A stretch of DNA of 63,979 nt, counting the filler, from Ionaspis alba (taxonomy: Eukaryota): NCBI GenBank assembly GCA_964255285.1. It is 4 parts of 4 records of this genome, joined end to end, with 100 filler letters (N's around TTAATTAATTAA, not from the genome) between each part and the next. Parts side by side here need not be neighbours in the genome. Positions count along the whole stretch, not along the records: positions 1 to 16,805 come from CAXUUL010000334.1; 3 more parts are not named here. One strand, 5' to 3'. The notes beneath the pieces are model-generated. The model was not told the origin of the DNA. It ran no database searches and saw nothing but the letters and a program-made list of their open reading frames with translations. Below, in pieces: positions 1-12,991 of the stretch. Made by a program: the position numbers and the translations under genes. Numbering within the stretch: the stretch's first letter is position 1; each line of letters begins with the position of its first letter.

Positions 1-3000
1 GACTGGGGGGTTGGTTGTGGTTCGGGGCGCGGGGGCCAGAGGGTGTGGCGATTGATGGTGGAGGAGGGTTGGTTGAGTTTGTTGGGCGTGCGGGTGGCAC
101 GGGAGTGTTACCCTGGATGGCTTTTAGTCGGTCTGGATGGACACCGGAGACGTCGGCTGATTCGGCTGCTGGTGTTGGGGGGGCTGTTGATGAGGCAGGA
201 GGAGGGCGGTTGAAGTTGGAGGAGCTTCGTGGAGGTGCTCTGGATGATGATGGTCCGGTGGGAGCGGGTCTGTCTGGCACAGTAGGTGAAGGCAGCGAGT
301 TCTGGCTCGAAGGCGGAACTCTTGTATCGATGCTTGGTTGCGGAGCACTGACATTTCGTGCACCACCCCGAGTTGTGGGATAGGGCATTCCATTCGGCAC
401 TCTTGGACCAGATGGAGTCTCTGCATTGAGACGGCCATACTGGAGATCTTGCTGCCGGTGTGTGCCATGTGTGTCTTGGTTCAGGCGGCCATGATTCGGG
501 TCTGCAGCAGGTCCATTGGATGTTGGAGCTCGCATCGATTCTCGAAATCTGTCACTTTGACTAACGGGAGGTCCATCAGCACCACGACCAGTCCTTGGAC
601 CTGTAGGTGTGCGTGAGTCTTCCTGCCTTCTAGGCAGATCGTTGGGTAGTCGACGATTGTCGATGACAGGTCGCTCATCACGATGATATTGATCATGACG
701 AGATGAACGGTGATCGTCTCGACGTGCTGGTGATGATGTCCGAGAGCCACGTTCAGAATTAGGGTGACTATCGTATCTCGAAGACTCAGTACGACGATCA
801 GGAGGAACACTCGCATAGCCTCGCTCAGGCTCTTGGTTTCCATGGATTAATGCTGCCCGATCAGGATGCTGAGCAATTCCAGACCTTGGTGCCGCCATTG
901 ACGAATCTCTAGATGATCGACCTTGCGGATCGCCATTACGTAGATTTTCTGTGGCTTCAGGGAAAGGCCGCTCTCGTAGGCTGCGCTCTGGTCTCTCTTC
1001 TCGCTGAGAGGCTCGCGTTTCACGGCCGTGTGGCCCACCATATCGATCATCAACCTGAGCCCGACTATCGTACTGAGGTCGCCCAGAAACGTTCTTCTCT
1101 CCAGCCCACGTCTGATCCAGTCGGTCTCGTTCACCGTATGATGGTGGCCGTTCAGATGGACGATCATATCCACGAGATGGTGGTCCATAGTTATGTCGAT
1201 CTCCAGGCCGTTCCCGATCTACGAGAGGTCGATCGTTCCGCCCATAATCAGCGGCACGAAGCTCTCTTGAATCCCGTGGGGCACGGTCGCCGTGCCTTTC
1301 AGAGCTTCTTTGGTCGCCACTTCTGGAAGGCATGGGTAGAGTTTCTGGCCGGTTGGGCAGAGAATGAGGAGGGCGACCATTGTTTGACGAATCTTGAAGA
1401 TCTCTTCTTTCTGGCCGCACAGGACGTGGAGGTATGGATGTTTGATTGCCAGTAGAATTGCTCTCAGGTTTCGCAGGCAGACCTGGCGGTTGTGGGAGAG
1501 GTTTCGGTTCTACTACTTGCGATTTAGGCAGAGTCGCTGGTACTGTTTCAGGCGCATCCCGATTTTCTGGTTCGGCAGACTTCAGTCTTGGAGCATCTGA
1601 GCCTGGGGGTTTTGGAGCTGGAGGTTCTTGAGGTGTTGGTGTTGGGAGGGCTTTGGCTGCGGCAGAAGTGGAGGCAGGATCATCGATTTCGCCATCCTCG
1701 CCATCCTCTACCTCCGTCTTTCCCGATGAAGACCCCGTCATCCCGTCAACTCTGCGACCGGTTAGACGAGGAACATATTTCCATCACAACGTTGCTTACC
1801 TAAGTTGAGGACTAGGTTTGAACTCTGGGGCTCTTGGGTCCAACGGCTTCCCACCTTCGCTTTGAGGCTGAGGTGTACTTGGCCTTGCTGAGGAGGACCT
1901 CGTGCTACCACTTACGCCATTGGTTGTAGGCTTGTTCTGTCGAGCCATTAGCTGTGGAACGTAATTGATTTAGACCAGTGTTGAACGCACGAGATTGAAT
2001 GCTTGTGGAAGTACCCAGTCCTTCTCTCGTCGTTTCAGGTTCCCAAGAAGCGAGGTCGCTGCTATCTTGAGATCTTCTCGAGTCTCAGACCTACTCAATT
2101 CTGTCATGCTGGCCACCTGAGCTTGAGCCATCCAATTGACAACAGGGAAATGTAGAACGACCGCTTTGAGGATTATAATTGCATTACGGATGTGCATGTA
2201 TTCGCCACCAGCAACGCAAGTCTTCAAGGCCGTGTTGAGATTCATGTGCCATTTCGACAGAATTCTTCGGAAGTCCTCGTAATCCAAGAACGTAAGGATC
2301 GTCTTCTCCTCGGTCATCTTCTTGCAGAAACCTGGAAGATCCTTCTTGGACCCATAGGCCTCCTTCTCGAACACGGTTTTGTCTGCATGCCAACGACCAA
2401 GATCTTTGAGCACTTCATTCAGGAATCGCCCAAAGCTGTCGGCCTCCTTCGCGGTCAATAGAAAGATCATAGATGTCAATCTCTTGCCGTTGAACAGTTG
2501 ATCCAATAGACCCATTGTCCTGAAATTTTTAGTACCAGAAGAGTGAAGATACTTAATCATCTTGAAGGTATATATAGCGTCCACTGGCGAAATCATGATG
2601 CGCGGCAGGAAGCAATGCTCGATCAGCGCGATGTTGAGATTCTCCCATTTGCCCCAGCAATCGACGAACCAATTCTCTTTCTCCTTACTGAGTCGTGTCC
2701 TAGTTTGCGAATATGAAGTAACTTGATCCTTGAGCTCTGCCCTCAACTTGTCTTGTAATTCTGTCAAAGCCTTCTTCTCCCGGTCCTTCTTCTGGGTGCC
2801 CGCGACGCTGATATCAGAACGATCACTATTGATAGCTGATATCTTCCGTTTCTGTCGATTGATCTCCTCGTCGTAGCTCTGGGTGGGAACCACAATGTCT
2901 CCCAGGGACAGTTGCCAGAATGTGACATAGAACCGCTCGCTGAGAAGACTCCACGTAGGCTCTGGTAATACAGGTCGGATCGCTTCCACAATATCTTGAA

Positions 3001-6000
3001 GTACTGGATGCAATGATTTTGCGGCAATCTTAGACTTTGAACGTGGTGACTCTACCAATTGTTCCGGCTGGACGCCACCCTCCGGAGTAGTATCATCATC
3101 GACTCCATTCGTTTGTGGCGTTTCTTCTATGGTTGCATCGGTAGCAGTCTTTTCAGAGCCTTCAGTAACCTTAGCTGCTGCTTCCGTCATCTCAACATCT
3201 TTTTCATCGCTGGACTGGGTGGCTGGCTTCTGAGATACGTCTCTTGATCTTTGGCTCTGGTCAGAAGCCTTGCTGTCGTGCTCTTTGATCTTTGCTGCAA
3301 TACTAGGCCTGCTGATCCAGAAGGCAACGCTGGGCTCGATGCCAAAGTCTCGGATGAGACGAGCAACGTCAGGTACCAGAGAGTCGAAGTCTTTGATGCT
3401 CAAGTTACTTCGCAGAAAGTCAATGTATTGAGTGAGGACTCGATGTATTTCATCGAAAAGATTCCCCAGGAGTTTGAGATGCGCGTCTGGTTCGGGGATC
3501 TTGAAGATACTTGTTTGTCGTTCTTGGGCAATGGAAATCAAGAGCGGGCCTGCGAGTTTCGGCTCGGCAAGTGACTTTGTCAAACGACGAGCACTCGTGA
3601 CAGATTCGTGTCGCTTGTCCAGAAGTTGTAGCATCGTCTGGGCTTGCAGAAGCTCTCCTCCGGCCATTGACAAGACCTGAGCTTCATTGAAATCTGTATC
3701 CGAGACTATTCCCGCCATAGACCCAATGATCTCTTCCAGGACTATCAGATCAGTCGAATTTCCCTTCCGGAGCTGTTCCGTTACATATTGAAGAATAGGT
3801 GTAGGATTCATGACGGAGTAGCGCTTGAATGCCTTGCCAGCGAACAGTGACAGTGACAATAGCCATTTACTCGTGAGCATGCCGTCTGCTTGAACACGAT
3901 TGCGGCCGCGAACTCCTAGTGAGCTCATCAAAGACCAGGTGAGTACGTCATACCCAAGATAGGTGAAATAACGGGCGCACTCAACGACTACCTCCACAAG
4001 ATTATCGTACGACTCTATTTGGCTGATAGCAACTGCGAACACCACACCAGGAGATGCGGTTGCCACCTTTGCAAGATTCTTTGCCATTTGTTTGAGATTT
4101 GTTTTGCTGATTCGTTTGAGAACATCTTTCGTCTCCGCTCTGACTTGGTCAAAGGCAGCTTTGATATCTGGTGAGCGAGAGGTCGCTCCATTATACCACT
4201 CGGCGTAGATAGAGTATCGCGTCGAAGTGGGGAACTGTTTGATTAGATCAAATACCTCCGTTACAACACCAGGGTTAGACTTCGTCAAACTGAGAGCCGG
4301 TACAAGGAGTCTCTTGGACAAATCGATCCATCGTGCTTTGTTGCTCTCCGAGAGGTCATTAGCTAAGGAGTGACTACCAATGCGAGCGAGCTTGATTAGT
4401 AAAGTTGGGTCTTGCCCGATCTTCACCCCGACATAATTGAGAAGCGTGCCGCAAAGAAGAAAAACGTCGTCGACTGTCTGGCAAACGGGTACATTGTCAG
4501 ACCAGTCGTCCCAATAGAAGCGGTAGTCGGTTCCTTCGTTCGTATCGTCCTTATCCAATTGAGCCCATCGTAAAATCTTCCGCACTGGTTGTTCAACTCT
4601 GCGGAGTTGGCCCTTTGGTACACCCCCCTGATCAGGATCCACAACCTGGTCTTGTTCCCGCAGCTCGGAAATGTCTTGTAGAGGCTGAAGAGGTTCATAG
4701 ACTTTGCTGAGACAATGATGTAGAATGCGGTGGATGTGTTCAGGAAGGTCTGGAAATGCGTCCAGCAACCATGGAAAGCGACCGAGGATATACAAAGATT
4801 CTGGGATTGCACCAATACAGAGCAGACTCTTGAGTAACTGAACCTTTTGGTCGATAGGAATTGGAAGTTCTTCTTCCACATTCTCCTTAGTAGCTGGGGT
4901 GTCTTTCTCTGTCGCATCTACCTTAGAAGGTAGGCCTCGGTTCCCATCTGTCTCCCGCAATCTTCCTGTGGCAGGAATAGTGTCATCAGACAGAGCGCCC
5001 GCGTTCGCCAATGCATTTGGAACTCCACCTCCAGGTCGTTGGAGCTTTTCTCGCTCTGCCTTTTCTTTCAACTTCTCTTCCTTCACGCCATCCATATCCT
5101 CGTCTGCAGGCCACAGATGCGGATACAGATCCCGAAGCGAGATGAAACCAATCTTAATAAGAAGCGCCGCAAGGTAGATAAGGTTGACCGGCAGGATGTC
5201 TTGAGGGTCTCGAGCTGAAGAGCTATAGAATCGAAGCTTGAAACCAAGCACTTGCGCAGCGATCTTATTGCCTGGTGGAGGTAGAGTACCAGTGGCTTCG
5301 ATCCACTTGCGATCTTCATCAGCAGGAGACGTCTCTTCTTCTGGCTCTACAGTCAAAGCAGATTGAATGGCAGTCTTCTCAGCTTTGCGGCCACCAATCT
5401 CAAAGAAAGCAGGCATTCCGATCTCACGAACTCTATCCCAGAACTGTGCATCCCTTTCATTCCTTGCGTGAGCGATGTCACTCTTCTCCTCTTCGCTCAA
5501 GACAGTCCAAGCCGCAGCACTGGGCAAAGCCCATTTTGGTAGGCTACTGAGGCCAGACTCGGAATCTTCCCTGCCATCTAGGAGCTGTTGCTTGGGCCAC
5601 CAAGAGCTAGTCCGAAAATATTTGACGAAGAAACGGTACTGCTTGACAAGGACAGCCGCAAAGACGTCGAGTGTGACGTCGAGTACCCTCCCTACATCCA
5701 AGTCGAATGTCCCAATCATCGCCTTCACACGCTCAAAAGTGTCCTCCACAACCTCAGACGATGGCGGCTCGTTGCTACTAGTTGTGAAGAGCTCAGTAAC
5801 CAGCTTGGAGTATCCTTCGGTTTCCTCTCTCAATAGATTGTAGTTTGATTGCCGATAGAGTAGGTTGGTCTGATGTCGGATGCCCATTCTGTGAAAGGTA
5901 TCGCGAATGAGGCCCAAGTGGACCAAAAGGTTGGTCTCGAGTTCCTGGCGCATCAAGAGGGGTGGAATTCCGGTGGATAGTACCAAGGGCTGTAGATTCT

Positions 6001-6730
6001 TATTAGTAAAATCACTATCCGTCAGAATCGATAGACAGTCGAGAAAGAGTGCAGCTCCATCAAATTTGTCCACACTTTTCTCTTCATCCACTTGAGGATT
6101 TGCGATTTCAAGGATATCTTTGACCACGGTGCCAGCCTCTCTAGCGTCTAACCGGCCATCTAGTCCAGATCTTGTAATCTCCTGGAAGATTAATCCTAGC
6201 TTCACTATATCCTCTTCATTCCGAGTTTCTTTCCCTAAAAAAACCAATGTCGAGTGGCCCGAGTGCTGCCATGAAGACGTTATATCGTCTGTAACATGCT
6301 CGTACATGTAGACCGGTGGAGGGGTAGGGGAATCTTTCGTCGTTTGTGTTGAAGCAGCTGATGCGGGGACGGTTGAGTGATTTGTAGGAGGCTGGGCAGA
6401 CTCGTTCTGGCGTTGTACAGGAGCCGATGGCGGTGACATTGCTGTATTGCTTTGCCGTGAGGGTATTGGGATTGCGTTCGGGCTCTCGAGCGGACTTCGG
6501 GGAGGAGGGCCACTTCGACCACCTCTGCTGCCTCGTCTTCCACCTCTTCCGCGCGGGTCTTGGTAGTCACGATATCCATGTTGCTGCAAGCCCTGCTGTT
6601 GATAGCTTTGTTGTGCTAGGCTTAAGCTGCCAGGACGGTGCGGCGACGGCCTCGATCCGTCATTCGAGCTGTCATGGGAATATGTCCTGTCTCCCCGCTT
6701 CCGCTTCCCACCACCACCACCAGGCGCCAT
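1..6730 (-). CDS. THO2: THO complex subunit 2 (Tho2/THOC2), 3' end beyond the window edge
   Basis: The 1591-aa ORF contains typical Tho2 segments (LYRQSNYNLLREETEGYSKL, DLDVGRVLDVTLD, EYMHIRNAIIIL). Likely start is the ATG at 6730 (MAPGGGGGKRKR). Introns at 1937-1990 and 1752-1799 join it to an open low-complexity R/D/P-rich tail that reaches position 1 without a stop. Confidence 0.95.
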
Positions 6731-7134
6731 GCAATCTTTGCCCAAAAGGGCAGTCTAGAAAGTGGCAACCGTTGACTCGAGCGTCCACATAGATAGTGCT
6801 GTTGTTTGTGGAACTGGAATGTAAGAATTCTTGAAGTAGTAAGGTTGGTGAGAATGGAGACCGCGTCTAGATTTGGGAGAAGGCGTAAGGGAAAGACGTA
6901 TGACTATGCATCCAGTTTTGAGGTATGCGTTGACACCGGAGAGTAATCAGGGAAAGTCCCAATATGGGCGAATGTGTATCAGCATCGATGATAATGGAAG
7001 ATAAAAGATCTCAGGCACCTTTGCAGCTTCAAATTCACTCTCATTGAGCTTAGCGCGACCGCGACTGTTCTTTGTCGGGGTAACATATTGCCGGTGTCAA
7101 GCTCGTAGGGTTTGTCTCAAAGCTCATTGCTACG

Positions 7135-8260
7135 TAGAACCGGAGCTACGGGATACCTTGGCGGAGATGCGCTCTATGAACTTGCGCAGAGTCCTCCAGA
7201 GTATGAAATCTCATGTCTAGTCCGGAACAGCGAGAAAGGAGCCAAGATAGCCAGTCAGTATGCCAAAGTCCGGCTCCTGTATGGCGGACTAGACGATAAG
7301 GGAATCTTAGAAGTTGAGGCTAAGAAGGTAGATGTTGTACTAAGTACATAAAACCTGAGATCTCTTTGATCCACTCTGATCTGAACACGACGACAGATTT
7401 TGCCAGTGCAGATCATGTAGAAGGAGCTGCTGCTCTTGTGGCGCGCATCAGCCATGGTGCCGAAGAAAAACCTGGTTATCTGATACACACTTCGGGCACC
7501 GGCATCTTGACCTCCACTGATGCAGACACTAAAATTTACGGCGAACTGGATTCCAAGGCTTTCGATGATTGGGAAGGCGTTGGGGAAGTCACCTCGCTCC
7601 CAGACATCGCTCTGCATAGGTTCGTGAACAAAGTCGTTCTGGTCGCGGGCATTGAGAACGAGCCTAAAATTAAGACTCCCATCGTTTGCCCTCCGTTGAT
7701 TTACGGCCAGGGGCGTGGCCCTGATAATCAACGAAGCACTCAAGTACCCGAGCTGGCCAAGGCTGTGCTCCGGAGCAAGAAAGGCATACAGGTCGGATCT
7801 GGCAAAAATCTCTGATGCAACGTTTATGTGGCAGACCTGGCTAAGATACATGTCAAGCCGGTTAAGGCAGCCACCGCTGGGGGAGGAAACGTGACCTAGG
7901 GACAGGAAGGGTACTTTTTTGCGAGCATGGGGAGCACGTTTGAAGTGATGTCTACAAACAGGTGGCAGTCTCGGCGCATAACGCTGGTTACATTCCCTCG
8001 GACAAGGAGTTGTGATCATCTATGGTGATGAGGCAGAAGAACTCTCACCCCATGCCCCGGGCTCTGGGGGGACAAATTCTCGATGCAGAGCCATACGAGC
8101 AAGAAGATTGTTGAACTGGAACCCTGTGGCTGAAAGTCTCGACGATGAGATTCCCAAGGTTGTTGAAGTGGAGGCGAGGAGCCTTGGCTTGGTTGAAGGT
8201 CATGCGGCCAGAGTTCCCGGTCAGCAATTGAACCTCTCTGCGTCAGCAACAAAATTTTGA
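7135..8260 (+). pseudogene. NAD(P)-binding extended SDR / epimerase-dehydratase-like pseudogene
   Basis: Rossmann motif TGATGYLGG, then HTSGTG and CPPLIYGQGRGP. In-frame stops occur where Trp is expected (GKNL*CNVY at 7813; NVT*GQEGYF at ~7897; GEHV* at ~7941), there is a frameshift near 7925, and no clear start exon. Confidence 0.8.
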
Positions 8261-8733
8261 ATAGCTTCCTCACGAATATTAATTCCAGTTGGACTTGAAG
8301 ACCATCATTCCAGTGACTTTCCTCATGTCATATGCGATTCATCATTAGTTGGAAAAGATTATCGTTACGTTTCGTGGGATCTGTTTTGCTCGGCGATGAA
8401 TGCTCTTTGAACGATGTCATTTGCCGACATCTACTTCCAGCGTTTGCACACTGTCTTAGCCCGACGAAGAGATGGGAGCACTAGGTAAGATTTACACAGT
8501 CGCCAGAATCATGATCCCTCAAGTACGAGCTTTGAAGGACTCCATATGGTTCTACTTAATTTTCTCTCTCTACACACTTCAATCCAATTGCTCGATGCAG
8601 ACGCTGGCTTGACTATATGGCAGACATGAACAAGCACAGTCCAGCGTTTGTCGTACACGATCTTAATGATTGATCTCAACAGCCCTCGCCTCTATCCCGT
8701 GCCGACAGAAGGCGTAACAAGATTGCTTCTGAT

Positions 8734-10722
8734 ATGGACGATGGTGGCAAAGCTTTAAGAATATCAATGGCCCTGCCCCGGGTCCAGCCCTACGAAATGC
8801 CTGAGCAGAATGGAAATGCTCTTCGCAACAAATAAGAGCGTCCCTTCTCTACATAGGTCTCATATGGGCCTTGAAGAATAAAACTCCACTTCAGGAGATT
8901 CAATCCTATGCCAGTGGCTATCCTACTGATATTTTTAGGGCCGTCATCGCTGATTCGGTCAAGGGGTATCTGTCAATCTTCTTCGCACTTCAACGCAATG
9001 AGGTTTCAGTAGTGTCTATGCTCTTGAATGTCGGGGCGAATCTCAATGCGCGGTGCAAGCCAGGGGGTGTGCCGATCCTCGGTTTTGCCATTTTCCATGC
9101 TGAGTACGAGGTCATCAACCCATCGGAGGTGGTGAAGACGTTACTAGCAATGGGGGCAAAGCCCTATCTGATCCTAAAGGATATGTGGGAGGATTACCTG
9201 GAGAAGCCAAACGCAGTCTTTCTCCGGGACAAAGGCACCAAGAACCCCACACCATCATGGTGTGTTCCTGAACCTCAGGAGTACTCTTACGAGAAATCTC
9301 ACACTTACTCAGCGCTATTTTCTAAACAAAGCTCATCACTTAAAGTCTCCCAGTGGAAGAAAGAAGCAAGTAGCAGCTTGTCACAACATCACGTCCTTGC
9401 TTGCGGTGCCTTACCATATCGTGGGGCAGTCTCTGGGAACTAGNNNNNNNNNNNNNNNNNNNNNNNNNNNNNNNNNNNNNNNNNNNNNNNNNNNNNNNNN
9501 NNNNNNNNNNNNNNNNNNNNNNNNNNNNNNNNNNNNNNNNNNNTCACGTCCTTGCTTGCGGTGCCTTACCATATCGTGGGGCAGTCTCTGGGAACTAGCA
9601 TGGCTGTGGCACGTCTCTTTGGGCACTTTGCAATGAACAAAAATAAGCCCTTGGCAATGGTCTTCACGGGTCCGTCCGGGCATGGGAAGAAAGAGCTCGC
9701 AAGGCAATGGAATATCTGATCGCCTCTCCAGCCATTGTTGTCGATTACACAGAAATGAGAGAGGAGATGGACTTGTTTGATTGGAAAGGAGAATATCGTT
9801 CTGCACAGGAAGGAAGTCCTGTGAACAAATTTTGGACAGAACACAAGGGGCAGAGATGTATGTTATTCTTGGACGAGTTCGAAAAGGTTTCGGACGACGT
9901 CCGACAAGCACTCTTGTTGGTGTTTGACTAAGGTGGGGTAGTTGTCACCCCTTCATTTGAGTAGATTATTGTTAGCCTTCCTTGTTGCTCGATCTGTACT
10001 GATCCGGTCTTTCCAGGCTTCTACCGCGATCGTCAAACTGGTGACTGCTCGAAGACGATTTGGACCATTGCCACAAATTTGGCAACTTCCATGATTATAA
10101 GATTCTTTCGGGATCATCTTGAGGACAAATGCGAAGCAAGTCAATTTCAAGTACCGTTGGACGAGCTTAATACAAGCATCAGAAGTGTTTTCATCCAGGA
10201 GCTTGGTGTACGTATTGTGCCGTGACACTGCTGTTCACGCTGGAAATGTGCTGTTCTGACCAAATGTAGGCTCCGATTACCAGCCGAATGTCTGTCGTAG
10301 TACCGTTCTTCCCATTCACCTCAGGAGAGCGAGCTGTAATGGCGCACAAATATCTCCTCGATCTTCGCGATACCTTCCGGGAGCCGATCGGCTTGAAGGC
10401 AAAGAAGCTGGTACGCCACAGCGATCTGCAAATTCAGAACGACGGACAGCTCTGTATGTCGCTTACAGAAAAGTGGTAAGACATCAAAACGGGAGCGAGA
10501 TCTCTGCAACGAGGAGTTGAGCGAGAAGTTGAACATCCGTTTGTAGACAGATACTACTTCCCTGATGAAAAGGTCACCAAGAAGCCGAACGATGGACTGT
10601 TGCGAAGGTACACCATGCAGTTTAGTTCCATTGCTGATGGTCTAGACGAGATTGTTGTGATTCAGGATGGAGCAACCCCAATCACGAATGTTGTTGCGCC
10701 CGCTACTCATATGGAAACATAG
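8734..10722 (+). pseudogene. Ankyrin-repeat + ClpB-type AAA+ ATPase pseudogene
   Basis: Ankyrin-like segments (FFALQRNEVSVVSMLLNVGANLN; EVVKTLLAMGAKP), Walker A GPSGHGKKE, Walker B LFLDEFEK, sensor-1 TIATN and sensor-2 GARSL. Frameshifts at ~9275 and ~9707; stops at 9929 and 10477. Crosses an N gap. Confidence 0.75.
9389..9598. other. Assembly gap (100 N, 9444-9543) with ~55-bp duplicated flanks
   Basis: The sequence tcacgtccttgc...gggaactag is identical on both sides of the N run. Confidence 0.95.
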
Positions 10723-12082
10723 CTCGAAGAAAGCAGCGCTGTTAGGGTACTATAGCATGAATACATTTGAAAGTTGTTAACAGATCCTCTGTCTTTGCAC
10801 TTTGGCCCTTACAGAACCGAACAGCATATGGGCAGCGCTGATAGGCCCAGAGCTCGTCTTTATGCCTCCTTGTTGTAGATTTTGATTTGATCTTTCAAGC
10901 ATGATTAAATGTAGTGGTTGTGGAAGCCTTGTTTCTCGTTCTTCTTCGTTGCTAGCTACTACCATTCTTCCGACTATATATGATTCGTGCCTACTGCAGC
11001 ATGTCGATTTGCAGAAGGCGTAGCGACGCCGATCCCAAGAGAACTAACTCATCCTCAATATTATCCAGACGGTATTGAAATTAGAGTATGCTTCTACTTC
11101 TACCTTGCCACATTCTTGATTTCAGGGCCTGGTTCGTCTGCAGATCGCGGCAGTCGTCGACAACTTAACAAAATTGAGCTAGTAGAAGATCTAGCGTCAG
11201 TCGGGGAAGAGCAAGACGAAGATGGGGTTCGTCAGGGGCAACCTCAGCTCACATCTTTCCTGATATACACCAGGAAAGTCGAATACTTTGCTAGCTTCCC
11301 GTCTATTGCAGGTCTGGATCTGGAATCCGAAGTCTCCAGCACAGTATTGTATGTTTCAATAAACATTCTTTCACCCAGGTTCTGTGTATACTGCATAGAA
11401 CAATATCCCTCAACTTCTCAGCATCTTTCAGGAACACCATTGTGAGTCAGTTCTTTAACTCTCGTTTTGATGGGCGCCAGGAGGTTCCTTCCGAGAACTT
11501 GCTAAGAGCGGTATCCAGCAATTTTGACGATCAGTGTGGCAAGCACAATAGCGACTAAATATAGAGTCGTGACAGTGGTTCAGACACCTTCAGTCGTTGG
11601 AAAGGAGACCACAGCCAACATGGCTAGGATTTTGAGCGCCCAGAATCAAAGTGGTAAATATCCAGAGTCTTGCTAGGAAGTTGTCGAGGTCGGCAGACGA
11701 CATTCCCGGTAGAGGAGATGGAACGGGTATTTATACACAACAACAGACCAGAGGAGCTTCCATACATTGATATTGCCCTAGGAAACAGAAGCAGCCACAA
11801 GCAAGATCACGCAATACCAGTCTGAAGGCAATCACGTGCTGGAGCAGCTGCTTAGGTATGGGTGCTAAGCGAGTAGCTATTTGTAGCCATCTCTTACTCC
11901 CACCTCCAACACTTGGATTCTAGACCAACCTGCAACACCAAAACAGCCTCTCATCGTCCCAGCATCTCAATCTAACAACGTCTGACAACCATCATGTACC
12001 GTCGTCGAGATTCAGGAGTAAGTCATGAACGTTTCTAGCGTCCAAAGAGCGCAACGTAGTAACGTTCTCAAAGCAGGATGTG

Positions 12083-12991
12083 ATGATGCCTTTCAACACG
12101 CCACGACCAGCTCTGCGACATTCTGTGAAACACCTGACCTGCAGTTTCTGGGCAAGCGGTAACTGCAAGTACACGGCAGATAGTTGTCTGTATGCACATG
12201 CATGGACAGACCAGCTAGCAGATCGTCCAAAGGCGGTCAAACCGGGGAGTTGGTAACCCATCTCATTCAGAATGGCAGCAGTGACTAACCTATGGCCAAG
12301 TGCCGGCTGTGGCAGGTCGGAACTCCAAGCTCAGTCTTCCAGCATACCGTGACTGGAGAGCAATGACTTTTGGAGAGGAACGTCAGCAGAAGACGGAACC
12401 GTCTGGTTCATGGCTGCGGTATGCCAATCCAGGGTTTGGCTCTAGTCCGTCAGCTTTCCGGCCGCGTACTCTAGAGGCACCAGAAAAAACTGCGAGCATT
12501 GAACCTTCTGCAATGAACCCAGAGGCCACGGTCTTTGAACCAGAGTACGTCCGACAGCTTCGTCAACAGGAAGGGAGGATCGAGAGGCTGGAGCGTTTGA
12601 TCCAAAACCAGGCGGAGTTGATCAGCGAAGCCTCTAGAGACATCGAAGAGATGATGGGAGAGCTTCACTGGGCGTCAAAGGATATCAAAGAAGTAAGAGA
12701 CGCATTGAAAGCAGGGAACGTAAATGCAGCTATCAATACCAAGAAGCTTGATTATCGAGCTATGGATATTGACGGTATTATGAAGAGGCAAGGCAACTGG
12801 AGAAAGGCTTTACACAGCGTCTTGATTCAGACAAGAGAGGCTCTAGGACTTGAAGACGAGGACATTCGGGAAAAGTAGGTAACGCAAAATGACCTATTCC
12901 AAGAAATAGAAAGCGGAACTGACCAGCTGGTAGAGAAAGAGCATACAGGGTACTGTCTGCCAACGATGCTGCTCCTGGTGCAAGCCGTTAG
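12083..12991 (+). CDS. CCCH zinc-finger + PAM2-like motif + coiled-coil protein (cluster gene A)
   Basis: Exon 1 (12083-12248) encodes SVKHLTCSFWASGNCKYTADSCLYAH (C-x7-C-x6-C-x3-H). A phase-1 intron 12249-12300 (branch ACTAAC) joins it to MPAVAGR, then SAMNPEATVFEP and heptad-like QQEGRIERLERLIQNQAELI. A probable second intron at 12875-12933 gives stop TAG at 12989. Confidence 0.8.

Noticed and set aside
15..1803. Many short ORFs on both strands at the left end
   Set aside because: They are shadow frames of the open THO2 tail exon.
10777..11445. ORFs 10777-10965 (-) and 10987-11445 (+)
   Set aside because: No recognisable motifs or convincing gene structure.
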